Origin: the human T2T-CHM13v2.0 reference genome, Homo sapiens
Strand: one strand, 5' to 3'
NCBI RefSeq assembly: GCF_009914755.1
Contig: NC_060941.1
Length of the DNA stretch: 64,000 bases
How positions within the stretch are numbered: position 1 is the stretch's first letter; each line of letters starts with the position of its first letter. Shown here piece by piece: positions 17,684 through 64,000 of the stretch. The notes beneath the pieces are model-generated. The model was not told where the DNA came from, made no database searches, and saw nothing but the letters and a program-made list of their open reading frames with translations. The translations under genes and the position numbers were made by a program.

Positions 17684-19494
17684 GTTGCTAGGAGAAGATA
17701 ACAGAGCCTCCTCCTGTCTGCTAGAGAGACATACAACCCATCCCAAATATTTCTTTTTCTCATCTATAAATCCCTCCTCTCTCTCCAAAGGGGGCTGCCT
17801 GGCAATGTCCCCATCCCTTCCAACAGCTCATGCCGCCCTGGGACACCATTCAGAGAAGCTCTGCCATCTGCACACCCCTCCAGAGGCCAGGGACAGCTTA
17901 AGCCAGAGTGCCTGGGTTCCTCCCTTCTCTGGGGTAGAACTAGTGGATGAATCCCAAAAGGGGTAAACATGGGCATATAGAGCCACCCTTGGGACAAGAA
18001 GTCTGTTTGTTTGGTGTTCTAGGAAACCAACAAAAGGAAATGCATTTTAGCCAGGAAAGAAAAGAAAAAAAACAACCCTGCCCAGCTATGAATGACAGCC
18101 AAGCCAGCAGACAAAGGTGAAAACAGACAGCTAAGGAAGGGACTAGCTATGCGCCCATGGGAGAGAGCACCTGACATGGGCCCAGTGTGAGAGCTACAAT
18201 CACCTTACACAAATAGAATGGTCACTGTGTTACCAACCATGAGTATCCTTTGGATCAACCAAAGGTTGTGTATGCAGCATGCAGCATTCTAATTCTAGAA
18301 GGCGACAGAGGTGAGCCAGCTATGTCCAAAATCAGTCTCATTTATAAACTGTGTGTTCCTGGGAAGTATGTGTGCATGTTTGTGTGTGTGTGTGGGTGTG
18401 TGTACTGTCATGTGCCAGCGATAGACCTTATCTTCATTGGGTACTCCCTGCTGCTGCTGCTTTTGCTAAAATATCTTGGACTCTGCACTGACATATGAGA
18501 AGCTATTGGCCTTTTTAGCTTTCTCCTGAACTTTCTGCCTTCCACTCTCCATTTCTCAGGCCAATTTGCCATTCCCACATGGGAAGACATCTACCTGTGC
18601 TACAGATTTGACTAGACTGAGATAAACCCATGAAAACATGTCATCACATGTCAGCAAAGCTCTCAAATAAAAATTAGCTATAGAACAATAGGCATGTCAC
18701 TGTCAGATTGACTGCCTCCAGGTGTGCTTCACGGCCAATATCAAGGAAGGTCCTTACTGGGCTGGAGCTGACACTGCCCCATCCTATTTGACCCATTACA
18801 GAAAGACCAAAGCTAGGACATATCATATCATGTCATAACATGATAAAACCCGGGAATAATCAGACCTGTATTTTGCTGTTACCCTGACCAATAAGTCACT
18901 ATATTTTGTACATAGGAAGCAATGTTATCCCATAGGGTCTTCTAAAAGGAAGTTCCATCTTCAGATTATTCAGAACCAACTAGGTCAAGATCTGCCTAAC
19001 AACACAGCTTCCTGAACATATTAAGCATAAAACTCAGAGGCAAGAACCTTGAGAAACATGTGCCAAAGTTCAGGGAATGGTCAGACACAGAAAAACAATG
19101 CTTGGCTAAGGAGCTGAAGTGTGTTTCAAAGAAAACAAGAAGAGCCTGATGTCTCATTCACCTCTCCTGGACAGCTGCCTTCTTCCGAGATGCCCAGCTT
19201 ATTTGCCTGGATTCATCACGAGAGAAGTAGTTTTTAGATATATTCCACCATCTAGAGAAAGGAAATATCACTTTTTTGAAGGCGAACCAAGAAGTCTGTT
19301 TTGGGGTTGATAAATTTCTGACAGTTGCTCCCAGAGTATTTTCAACTCAAAGTATAATTTCATAAAGAGGCTTATTATGTTTTAAATTGTCTGTCTGTAA
19401 AATATACTTTCATGAAATTTTGTTTTCTCGGAATCTTCCTTTTTCCTTCTTGTATGAATCTAATGAACTTGAATTTCCAAAGTCATTGAGGTAG

Positions 19495-19848
<354 letters not shown>

Positions 19849-20172
19849 TAGAAGGCATGAAGTCATAGAATCATAATAATCACCAAAACCAACCATTGAT
19901 TTCAATACTAGAAAATTTGAGACACCAGAAGGTGAAGTGACTTGCCTAGAGCCATACAATGGCAGAGGCAGGGACTGCAACCCACTATGAAAGCTTAGGG
20001 CTCTTCTCACCCTTTGGTGGCCAAAAGTATTTTGAAATTTTGACCAAAAAAATTAATGTTTATTGATCACTTTAAATCCAAAAGATGAATCCACTGGATT
20101 CCACAGTAAATTGGGTGGAATGTAAGGGAGGGATCAAAGGGCAGTGAATATATGAATGGGGAGGAGAACCAT

Positions 20173-20226
20173 TTAGCTAGGTGCAAAAGTAATTGCGGTT
20201 TTTGCAATACTTTTGCACCAACCTAA
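20173..20226. mobile_element. MADE1 (Hsmar1 MITE), internally deleted
   Basis: ggtgcaaaagtaattgcggttttt...tacttttgcaccaacctaa inverted termini. Confidence 0.85.
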
Positions 20227-20536
20227 TAATTGTTCATAATTCTAAGAGCTATTCGGATCCCATTAGGAGCTTAAAAGGGACAAATGTGCTCAGGGCATGC
20301 AGTTTTTGCCTTCCGGAACTAGATCAGGATCATGCATTTAAGCTAGAAAATGGAAAGAGGAGTTGCTTCACCCACAGTCAGTGCTATTGCATCAACCAAT
20401 CCCTGCCATTCTGCAGTTTCCTGGTGTATCTGCCCGGAGTCACACAGTCTTTCCTGCTAAGCCTCAGCGTCTCCTCCAAGCCACATCAAAATCTTTCCTT
20501 CTGGGCCTTTCCCAGAAGTGAATTCTTGCTGGAAGG

Positions 20537-20543
20537 TATAAAA
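20537..20543 (+). promoter_or_regulatory. LPO: LPO TATA box (TATAAAA)
   Basis: Consensus TATA ~60 nt upstream of a strong donor CAG|gtaaga at 20604. Confidence 0.8.
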
Positions 20544-20567
20544 GACCAGCTCCTCCAAGCAGAGCAA

Positions 20568-20604
20568 CTCCCTGGCTGCCGTGAAAAGACAAGGCACTGG
20601 GCAG
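20568..20604 (+). other. LPO: LPO non-coding exon 1 (start approximate)
   Basis: Lies ~30 nt after the TATA box and ends ggcag|gtaaga; exon 2 has an acceptor 2 nt before the ATG, so an upstream exon is required. Confidence 0.75.
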
Positions 20605-22971
20605 GTAAGACTCGTCAACTTTCATCTTTCCTGGTTTCTGCAAAGTTGATGATGAAATTTCCTAACGTCTTCTCAGAAAGCTTAACACTGGATTTAGACT
20701 TGTCTCTATCAGGCACTTTCTGGTGCCAGCTTTAGCCACCCCATGGCACACTCCTCTTGTTTGGTATAAGAGAGAATGTAATTAAGCCTCCCCCCACCAC
20801 TGTGGGGGAAAAAGGCTTTTCTGTGTCTGAAAACTATGTCAGAGAATCATAAACTCTTAGGGCTGGAAGGTACCATAGACCTCTCTTATCCACCTTGTTT
20901 AGGAACTGAGACTTAAGCAATTTAATGTGTCCAGAGTCACACAGGAATTTGGGGGAAAACAGTGACAGAATGGTGCTCCCTGTGCTGTTCTTGAGACAGT
21001 GTGATGAAATCTGGCCTCTCCACTATAGTGGAGATTTTGCAGTGTTTTAAGGGGTTCCCTAAGCCGGAGCTGTCAGGTCTTCATCTCATTTCCAGCATCT
21101 CATGCCTGCCATCTGCAGCAGATCCGACCATCTAGTTTGCCCTCAATGTCTAGTCCTAGCTGTCTTAAGTGCCCTGTGGACACCTGGCTCTCAAGCAGGT
21201 GTGTGACCTGTATGCAGCGGTAGTAGGCAGGCTTCATTTTGGGGGAATGGGGTGGTTAAATTATATTTGTTTTTTATGCAATTGTGTGCCTCAAATCTTT
21301 CAGTTGAAGTAGATTATTTCCGCTCTAGAGGGCTTGATAAGAGCTATCTCTTCATTCTCATCCTGATCTTGGAGTCACTCAAAAGATCAAGAGAGTGTTC
21401 CTGCAGGTGATGGGGCAAGAATTATGGCTTTCCTATTGGCTCACTCCACCACCCTCCACAGGGCTCTTTACAATCATGGAAGAGAATCTCACTGACTTCA
21501 TCCCTTCTCAGGCCTTCCCCCTATCTCCTTGGTGACTGCTCAGCGACATTGAGAACCAAAGTCTGGAAGGCCTTGGTACTCAGAGTGTGGTCTGCAGACC
21601 AGCAACATCATCATCACCTGGAGCTTACTGGAAATGCAGACTTTCAGGCCCCTTCTATGACCTTCTGAGTCAGAATCTGCATTTACCAAAATCCCTAGGT
21701 GATAGTAGGCACATTACAGTGTGAGAGGCTTGCCGAGGGACTATCTCTGCCCTCTCCCTCTGCAACCTCCAGATGCTGAATTTCTCTGCTCTAGGAGTTT
21801 TATTCATTCAGCATGCACCCAACACCTATTATGTATTGACATGCTTAGGTCCTGGGAAAACAAATAAATAAGATGGAGCCCTTGAGGAGTTCATGGTCTG
21901 ATAGGGGAAACAGATGTGAAGACAGTAATATGAGATATGGATGAAATACTGTGGGAGGACAGAAAAAGGAACGATCTAACTTTTCCTGGAGAAAACTGGT
22001 AAACTTCACAGAGGAGGTGAAATTTGGTCTGGGTTTTGAAGAATGAATAGGAGTTTATTAGCCAGAGAGGGTATTGTATAGGGAAGAGCATGAGTAGAGG
22101 CATGGGATTGTGGACCAGCCTGGCATTTGAGGGGCAAAGGCTGTGGCTCTGTCTCCAGATAGTGCTTCATGTCCCAGGGAAGGCTCCAGGCTTTGCTGCA
22201 AATCAAAGGGCTTGGGAAATGGTTTCTGCACTCAGCATGTTGATAAGAATATGGATAAATATCTACACATCACAGGAGCCTCTTGTTGGCCTCTTACACT
22301 CTAAAGCCCCAGGCCCTCTTGCCCTGTGTGGTTCTGGCTGAAGACAGTGTCCCTCTAGAATCTTTCTGCACACCCCCTTTTCAGTGACATGACCTTGTAT
22401 TCACCTGGCTCTGATTTTTGTTCATACCCGTCCCTCACACCCACCAGGAACATTGCCCAAGACATGGGAAAATAATTTCTCTCTGGCCTTGAAGTCCCCC
22501 TCCTCCACTTTCCAGTGAGGAGAGCATGAAGGGGGTCCTAAAGAAGAGGAGAGGAGAATTGAATATTTAAGTATTGTTTCCTGTTCAAATTTCTCAACTT
22601 TCATGTCTTCTTCTATGATTTTGTCTTCCTCAGGCTGTCTCAGATGATGTCTTTTTAAAAAATGGACTAATTTTTTACTTTGTGTTTGTCATTTATTAGG
22701 AAACGCATTAGTCATTCAAAGAACAATATAATGAATGTTTGTGCCCACAGCCCTCTTTAAAAAAATCAGTGATATGGTGGTTGCCAGGAGCTAGGGGGAA
22801 GGGGAAATAGGGAGTTGGTGTTCAATGGGTATAGGGTTTCAGTTTTTACAGGATGAAAATGTTCTAGAGATCCATTGTGCAACATGTGAATATACCTAAC
22901 ATTACAGTACTGTAGAGTTTAAATGACTAGGATGCTAAATTTTATGCTATGTGGATTTTTGTTGTTGTTGT

Positions 22972-23288
<317 letters not shown>

Positions 23289-24844
23289 TAGTTTGTTTTT
23301 TAAAGTCAATGATACCTTTTCCTCCAAAACCATCATCTCTGTTTGTCTGAAGGGCAGATTTCTGCTAACTCAATGAACCCTGCAATGGGTCCCCTGAAGT
23401 TGCAAAATATGGTGACAGAGGGATAGGAGGTCACAGAATCTCTTCCTCCTTGGGGCCATACAACTATAAGGACAAGAGCCCACTGAGAGGTCAAGCTGTT
23501 TGAGAACTCATCTTGGGGTGGGGGGAAGTAACAGAGAGAATCTTGGCCAGAGAGGTATTTATTCATGCCTTGCCCCTTCTCTAGAGTTAGCTGGCAAAAA
23601 GTACAACAAGATACAAATTATTAGGGGGACCACGAAAGGGCAGAGGGAAAAATTGGAGGCAGGCAGGGGTGAAGGAGGCTGAAATGACCTGATCCATATA
23701 CAGAGGTCTCCTGGTCTGGCCTATTCCAAAGGGAGATGATTTGGAGAGGGTCTGCAAGACATACGGGGAAGTCTGTCAGGCAAAGCTCCAGAACTATGAT
23801 TTCTCTCTGGGAGCTGAGCCCTGGGGAGACATGGCTGGGGGGCAACCTGAGGCTGCTCTCCTTAGTGTGCTTCTGGATTCCACCAGTGAACGCCGTGCTG
23901 CAGGGAGAGCACAGGCGCCCTTGTGAAAGCTGAGGAGCCTCTCAGGACCATGGTCTAAACACACAATCATTCCATCTGCACGCTGTGGCTGCCACCCCGG
24001 GCTGGAGCCAGAATCTCCTCAGAAGATGTATGGGGTCTGCTCCACTAAGCCCAGTGAAGACCCTCATCAGAAAACAAAGCTTCACAAATTTCAGTCTAAA
24101 GATTTGCATTCAGAGTTAAAGCTCATGGCAAAGAGGTTAATCCATGAGCTGGAATCTTTCCAGGCAGCCTGGGGCACAGCTGTGGGCTCAGGGGAGCTCT
24201 GAGCTTTGTCATAACTTTCTTTCAGTATTGCCATCAAGTTGGCACTTTGAGGGAAGGGGAAGCCCCTGCCAGGTTTCCGAAGGGAGGCGCTGAGTGTCTG
24301 CCTCTCAGGCATTCTCTCCTGGGGCTGGGCCAGAGGAAACTGGCTTGCAGGGAGCAATGCATCCTGCAGGGAAGGAGGGAGGGGAACTCAAAGGCAGGCT
24401 CCAGCCTTGGTAACAGCGTTTCTCACACCTGTGACAAGACAGGTACAGCATCTCCCGACCACAGGCTGTCAGGGCAGAATTGAACATTCTGGATCACTTG
24501 GTCCCACCTCCTCCCATAGCAAGCCAGGACCCCAGAGATGTTAAGTAACCTGCCCAAGGTCACAGAGCTATTGGAGCAAATGCAGAATGATAACTCAGGG
24601 CCTTAGATCCTGAAGCCTGAGTTCTTTCCCTTCCACCATGTCTTCTCCTCTTTCCATCTCTCCCAGTACCTAGCACAGGCCTGTGTGTATGGTAGATGCT
24701 TCATTCGTTAATGTGGTTTCTCCTTTCCTGTTCCAATATTAGGGTGTCTGGTGCTCCTTTGGCTTTCTCTGCTTTCTGTGGTTCAAACCCTCCCACTTGG
24801 TCTCTAGAGAGGCTCACAGTGTGATCCTGCATCTCGTTTCAGTG

Positions 24845-49875
<25,031 letters not shown>

Positions 49876-51758
49876 GGGCCCGCGCTGCACAGGAAAGTTC
49901 CCTTTGGTCCACAGGGCCATTTCAAGCAAGTTCAATGACCTGGTCCCTTAGAGCTCCATATCCCAGTCCCAGCCCTTCTTTGCAGCTGGGCCTCTCTATA
50001 CCCCTGGATGAACAGCTTGCTCAGGCCCCAGGGTGGCTGCCTCGGCCCTCCCAGCTCTTACACTCAGCTCCAGTGGCTTCTCCTTTCTGTCAAGACTTAG
50101 CCCCGCTGAGATGCCCTTCTGCTCCAGCTTGCTGGATGTTACCTGTCCTCTTCCCTCCACAAGTCTTGGCCCTTAACCTTTATCTTTCTTCCTGTCCTCT
50201 CACCTAGATTGTAAGCTCCCTGGGCCAGGACTTCAGCCTGCCTCCGAGGGTCCCCTGTGGCACCTAGCATGGTGCACAGCACATTAGAAGTGCTCAAAAA
50301 CATCTGATGACTGACTAAAGATGCTAGGCGTGACACCGTTCCCTCCAAAAGCAGACCTCGGAATCACTGCCAAATAAGTAACTAGACGTTTACAGGCCAT
50401 ACATGTCTTACCACTGAGATGGCGCGTGCGTGGGTCTTGAGGTGGAAGGGGATGGTTTGGTGGGATTTCTAAGAGTTCTCAGAGAAAGGGGAGGGGCAGG
50501 GGGCTCCTGGGGAAAACAAGCACTGGCCGTGGAGTAGCAAGAGAGAGGACACGGGGGGGACGGTAGGCGGTGGTGCCAAGGGATAAAACAGGAAGGGAAA
50601 CCAAGCCTGGGTCTCCCGCAGCTGAAGCTAATACCCCTTCCAGTGGCCCTTCTGAGAAATACCCTCTTCTAGAGTGGTCCTTAGATCCTGTGATGCCTCT
50701 GAAGGGGCACTTCCAGAACATTCCTTGAGTTTCTGCCCAATACATATTCATATGTTCTTCTTTTAAAATGACCCCCTGGGAAAGATTAGCCCAACCAGGG
50801 CCTCCAGATCCCCCAACTGGTGGGGTGGGAGTGGGAGACACCCAGTCATCCTGTGGGAAGAGCCCAGGAGCCAGATGACCTCGGCTGCAGCCTGGCACTG
50901 CCACCCACTTCTTTAAGGCCTCAGACGAGTCGCTTCACCCCTCTGAGCAGCCCTCTCCTCATCACAGAAATGAGGACAAGCAGTATTTTTGCTGCTTCTT
51001 ACCATGGTGAGGTCCTAACGTTACCAGGGGCCCCATGAGTACATTAGACCCCACCGTCCTACACCACTTCCAGCCCCCTCCCCATATTTGAGAAGGAAGA
51101 GGAGAGGGAGGGAGTCCACCAGTCAGACGCAGGGTTCAAGCTCCAGGCAAGACTACTAGGGAAATACACTCCTTCCCCTCCCTCAGTGCTGGCCCTGTCC
51201 TCTGGGCCCAGCCATCTGCTCTCCCTTCTCCAGGAGCCATGTGCAACATGAATGAGAAGGAGTCCACTGTCTTGAGGGCCTCTGAACCCCTGTGCCAGGC
51301 TGCTGGGATGCAGGATGCAGAGGCCCCTCTTGTTGGGGAAGGGCCTGCCTCCTCACCAGGTCTCTGTACTTTCTCTCCTACCACACAGCATTTTGTCCCC
51401 TCCACTTCCTAGCCCCTGGCACAGGCCTGACACAGAGTGAACACATAGCAAACGTTTGCTAGAGCAATGAACAAACATGAGGGCTTGGTGACCACAGTTC
51501 CCTGCAGGGTGGCAGGGGTGGAAGGTGAGGGAGGAGGGTCTGCACCGCATGCCCCGGCCCCCAGGCTTCCAAGAGATGGCTGCCCTCCACGTACGGATCT
51601 CAAAGGAAAACTCCCCAACATCCTCACCCTCGGTTCAGAAACACAGGGCCCTGAGCACAGACCACACTGGTTCAAGCTCAGAGCCCAGAGTAAGCCTCTG
51701 CAAAAGCGCCAGTTCCTCCTCAGACACAGACAGAGTGGAGGTCCCCATCAGCGGTGCC

Positions 51759-51764
51759 TTTATT
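51759..51764 (-). terminator. MPO: MPO distal poly(A) signal AATAAA
   Basis: tttatt on +, ~770 nt after the stop; GT-rich sequence downstream on - (tctgtctgtgtctg). Confidence 0.8.
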
Positions 51765-52371
51765 ATCATAAACATTGGGAGCAAATAAATGGTACAGAAA
51801 GGGCAACAGGCCCAGTTCCTCTTCAGGAGAACTTCAGTGAATAAGCAAGAAATCAGGGTGAGGAAGAAAAAGGGGAGCCATGGCCTGAGCCTGGCTGGCT
51901 GGGCCCATAAGTCAACCACACAGCCCAGCTGCAGCTGGCTTATCCCTCCAAGGCACCACTGGTCCAGCTCTGCTAACCAGGACACAGATGGCATCTTGGT
52001 ATCTCTTTCTTGCCTCTATATGCTTCTCACGCCTAGTACAGTGCCTTGCATGTAGTAGGTGCTCAATAAATGAAGAACCAGAGGATACAAGTGGGCCCTC
52101 CAAGAAACCATGACAGATGTAATTTACAAGGAAGAAAACTCTTGTTTAAGGAGGGTAATTTGCTCAAGGTCACATAGCTAGCAAGCCACAGAGCCAGGAT
52201 TGGAACCCAGGCAGTCTAGTTCCTGAGCTGTGCTCCTCACCAGTCCGCTCTGCTGCCTTCCACATACTCAGTATTCTCATCAGCACAAACACACACTCAC
52301 ATAAATGGCACATACACATAACCCATGAAACACTCCCCATGTTCAGACAACACACACGCATGAAAAGCCAA

Positions 52372-52377
52372 TTTATA
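52372..52377 (-). terminator. MPO: MPO candidate proximal poly(A) signal TATAAA
   Basis: Variant hexamer ~160 nt after the stop followed by a GT-rich tract; MPO is known to use alternative polyadenylation. Confidence 0.55.
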
Positions 52378-52536
52378 TACTTCGCACATACATGAGCACA
52401 CAAATGAACGTCTAGTCACTCATTTTCTCAGCTGCACCCAGAACAGGGCTGGGCTCATCTAGGGCAAGGAGATCTCCGTGGTTCCAACTGGCCAGCCCAG
52501 ATATACCCCTCACTGCTGCACCCCCTTACCTGGCCT

Positions 52537-62685
<10,149 letters not shown>

Positions 62686-62838
62686 TCAGAGGGCCCTGTC
62701 TATGGATAAAGCCAGACCTCCTTGAGGGAGGGGCTCACTGCTCTCTTATCCCCTTGCCAGCTGCTGTCATCCAGCTTCCAAGGACCCCACCTCCACAGCT
62801 CACCTGATATTGTCAGCTCCTCTTAGCTCAATCTGCGC

Positions 62839-62845
62839 TTTTATG
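62839..62845 (-). promoter_or_regulatory. MPO: MPO TATA-like box (CATAAAA)
   Basis: ~200 nt upstream of the ATG; implies a TSS near 62815. Confidence 0.7.
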
Positions 62846-62999
62846 TCCTCTAAGCTGGGGGTGGGGTGAGGTAGAGGAAGGTCTGATCCTGGAGACTGAA
62901 CTCTTTCTCCTCCCCCACTGGGGTTGGAAGGTACACACAGAGGGGCCCCTGAAATGGGGGGAAGGGGCAGGAAAGGAGGGGCCAGCATTGTCCCCAGCC

Positions 63000-63333
63000 T
63001 TTTTTTTTTTTTTTTTTGAGACGTTATCTTGCTCTGTTGCCCAGGCTGATGTGCAATGGTTCAAGCGATTCTTCTGCCTCAGCCTCCCGAGTAGCTGGGA
63101 TTACAGGTGCCCGCCACCACGCCCTAGCCTCTAGCCACATCATCAATTATTTCCTTAGGCAAGAAGTAATTTTTGTATTTTTCCTTAGGCAAGAAGCTAA
63201 TTTTTGTATTTTTAGTAGATACAGGGTTTCACCATGTTGGCCAGGCTGGTCTTGAACTCCTGACCTCAAGTGATCCACCCGCCTCAGCCTCCCAAAGTGC
63301 TGGGATTACAGGCATGAGCCACTGGCCCCAGCC
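63000..63333 (-). mobile_element. MPO promoter Alu carrying the hormone-response/SP1 cluster (-463 site)
   Basis: On -: AGGCTGAGGC-G-GGTGGATCACTTGAGGTCA; TSD tgtccccagcct; internal deletion and insertion. Confidence 0.9.
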
Positions 63334-64000
63334 TGTCCCCAGCCTTTGAATTTAGCACTACCAGCCCAAGATTTCTCAGCTCACCATTGTGTGCCTATAC
63401 CAGTGCTTGTCCCCAGGGGATACACACAACTAACCCCTCTGAAATTCTGGTTACACTGGTTATCCAGGGTTCCTTTGAAAGGAACAAAAGTCAGGAACTG
63501 GTAGCCCAAGGAATTGCAGGGAATAGAGTGCCCCCAGGGAAGACAGGAGGATGAAAGGGAGACCTGGAGTAAAGATGACCCAATTGGCCTCAGGTGGCCA
63601 TCCCCCACTCCAACAGTAACCTGCATCCAACAGCCACCCAATGGGCAGCCTCTGGTTCTTGGTGGGGCTAAGGGGACAGGAAATCTGGCTGGAGACCGTT
63701 GGGCTTCACAGGAAGGAGGACCCTGGGGACTGTGGGCGCAGGACCAAGATAACTTCCTCTATCCCTCCTCACTCCCCTTTCTTCTTGGCTTCTGGTAGAG
63801 GGCTGTCTCCAAACTCCTCCTCCCCACCACCATCTGCTCCTGGATTTCAGGAACCAGGAGAGAGCAGAACTGGTTGTGGTTAGTGATCAGTTAGGTGATG
63901 CAGCCCAGGGCCTCTCTGGGACAGGATCAGTGCAGTTGGGAGGACTTGGGTTAATGATTCAGAATAATTCTGAAACAGAAGAGGATATTTCTTGCTTGAG

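Noticed and set aside
20193-20735. 180-aa ORF across the LPO promoter
   Set aside because: Non-ATG start inside MADE1, crosses the TATA box and a splice donor, no recognisable homology
22538-22650. Longer version of the candidate pseudo-exon (HHLRQPEEDKIIEEDMKVEKFEQE...)
   Set aside because: Open frame, but its acceptor is poor and it conflicts with the phase-1 chain; kept only as an alternative

Overview
Human (primate) genomic DNA matching the 17q22 heme-peroxidase cluster. From left to right: the 5' end of MKS1 on the - strand (exon 2, exon 1 and an alternative first coding exon in a CpG-island promoter with RFX X-boxes); ~19 kb of repeat-rich sequence; the complete lactoperoxidase gene LPO on + (non-coding exon 1 plus 12 coding exons, 2139 nt, 712 aa, last intron GC-AG); and the complete myeloperoxidase gene MPO on -, tail-to-tail with LPO (12 exons, 2238 nt, 745 aa), with its promoter and -463 Alu. 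Exon boundaries were read from splice sites and checked by frame arithmetic. Most ORF-track entries are Alu/L1 or GC-rich artefacts. The main unexplained signal is a chain of 19 phase-compatible exon-like segments on the - strand (23820 to 1644). The chain has ~13 in-frame stops, one Alu-split exon and a terminal TAA overlapping AATAAA. It may be a decayed protein-coding gene (unitary pseudogene) lying between LPO and MKS1 and overlapping the LPO promoter antisense; this is inference and needs a homology search. Two local inverted duplications also stand out: 58 bp perfect, and 175 bp at ~86% identity covering the LPO exon 9 splice donor.
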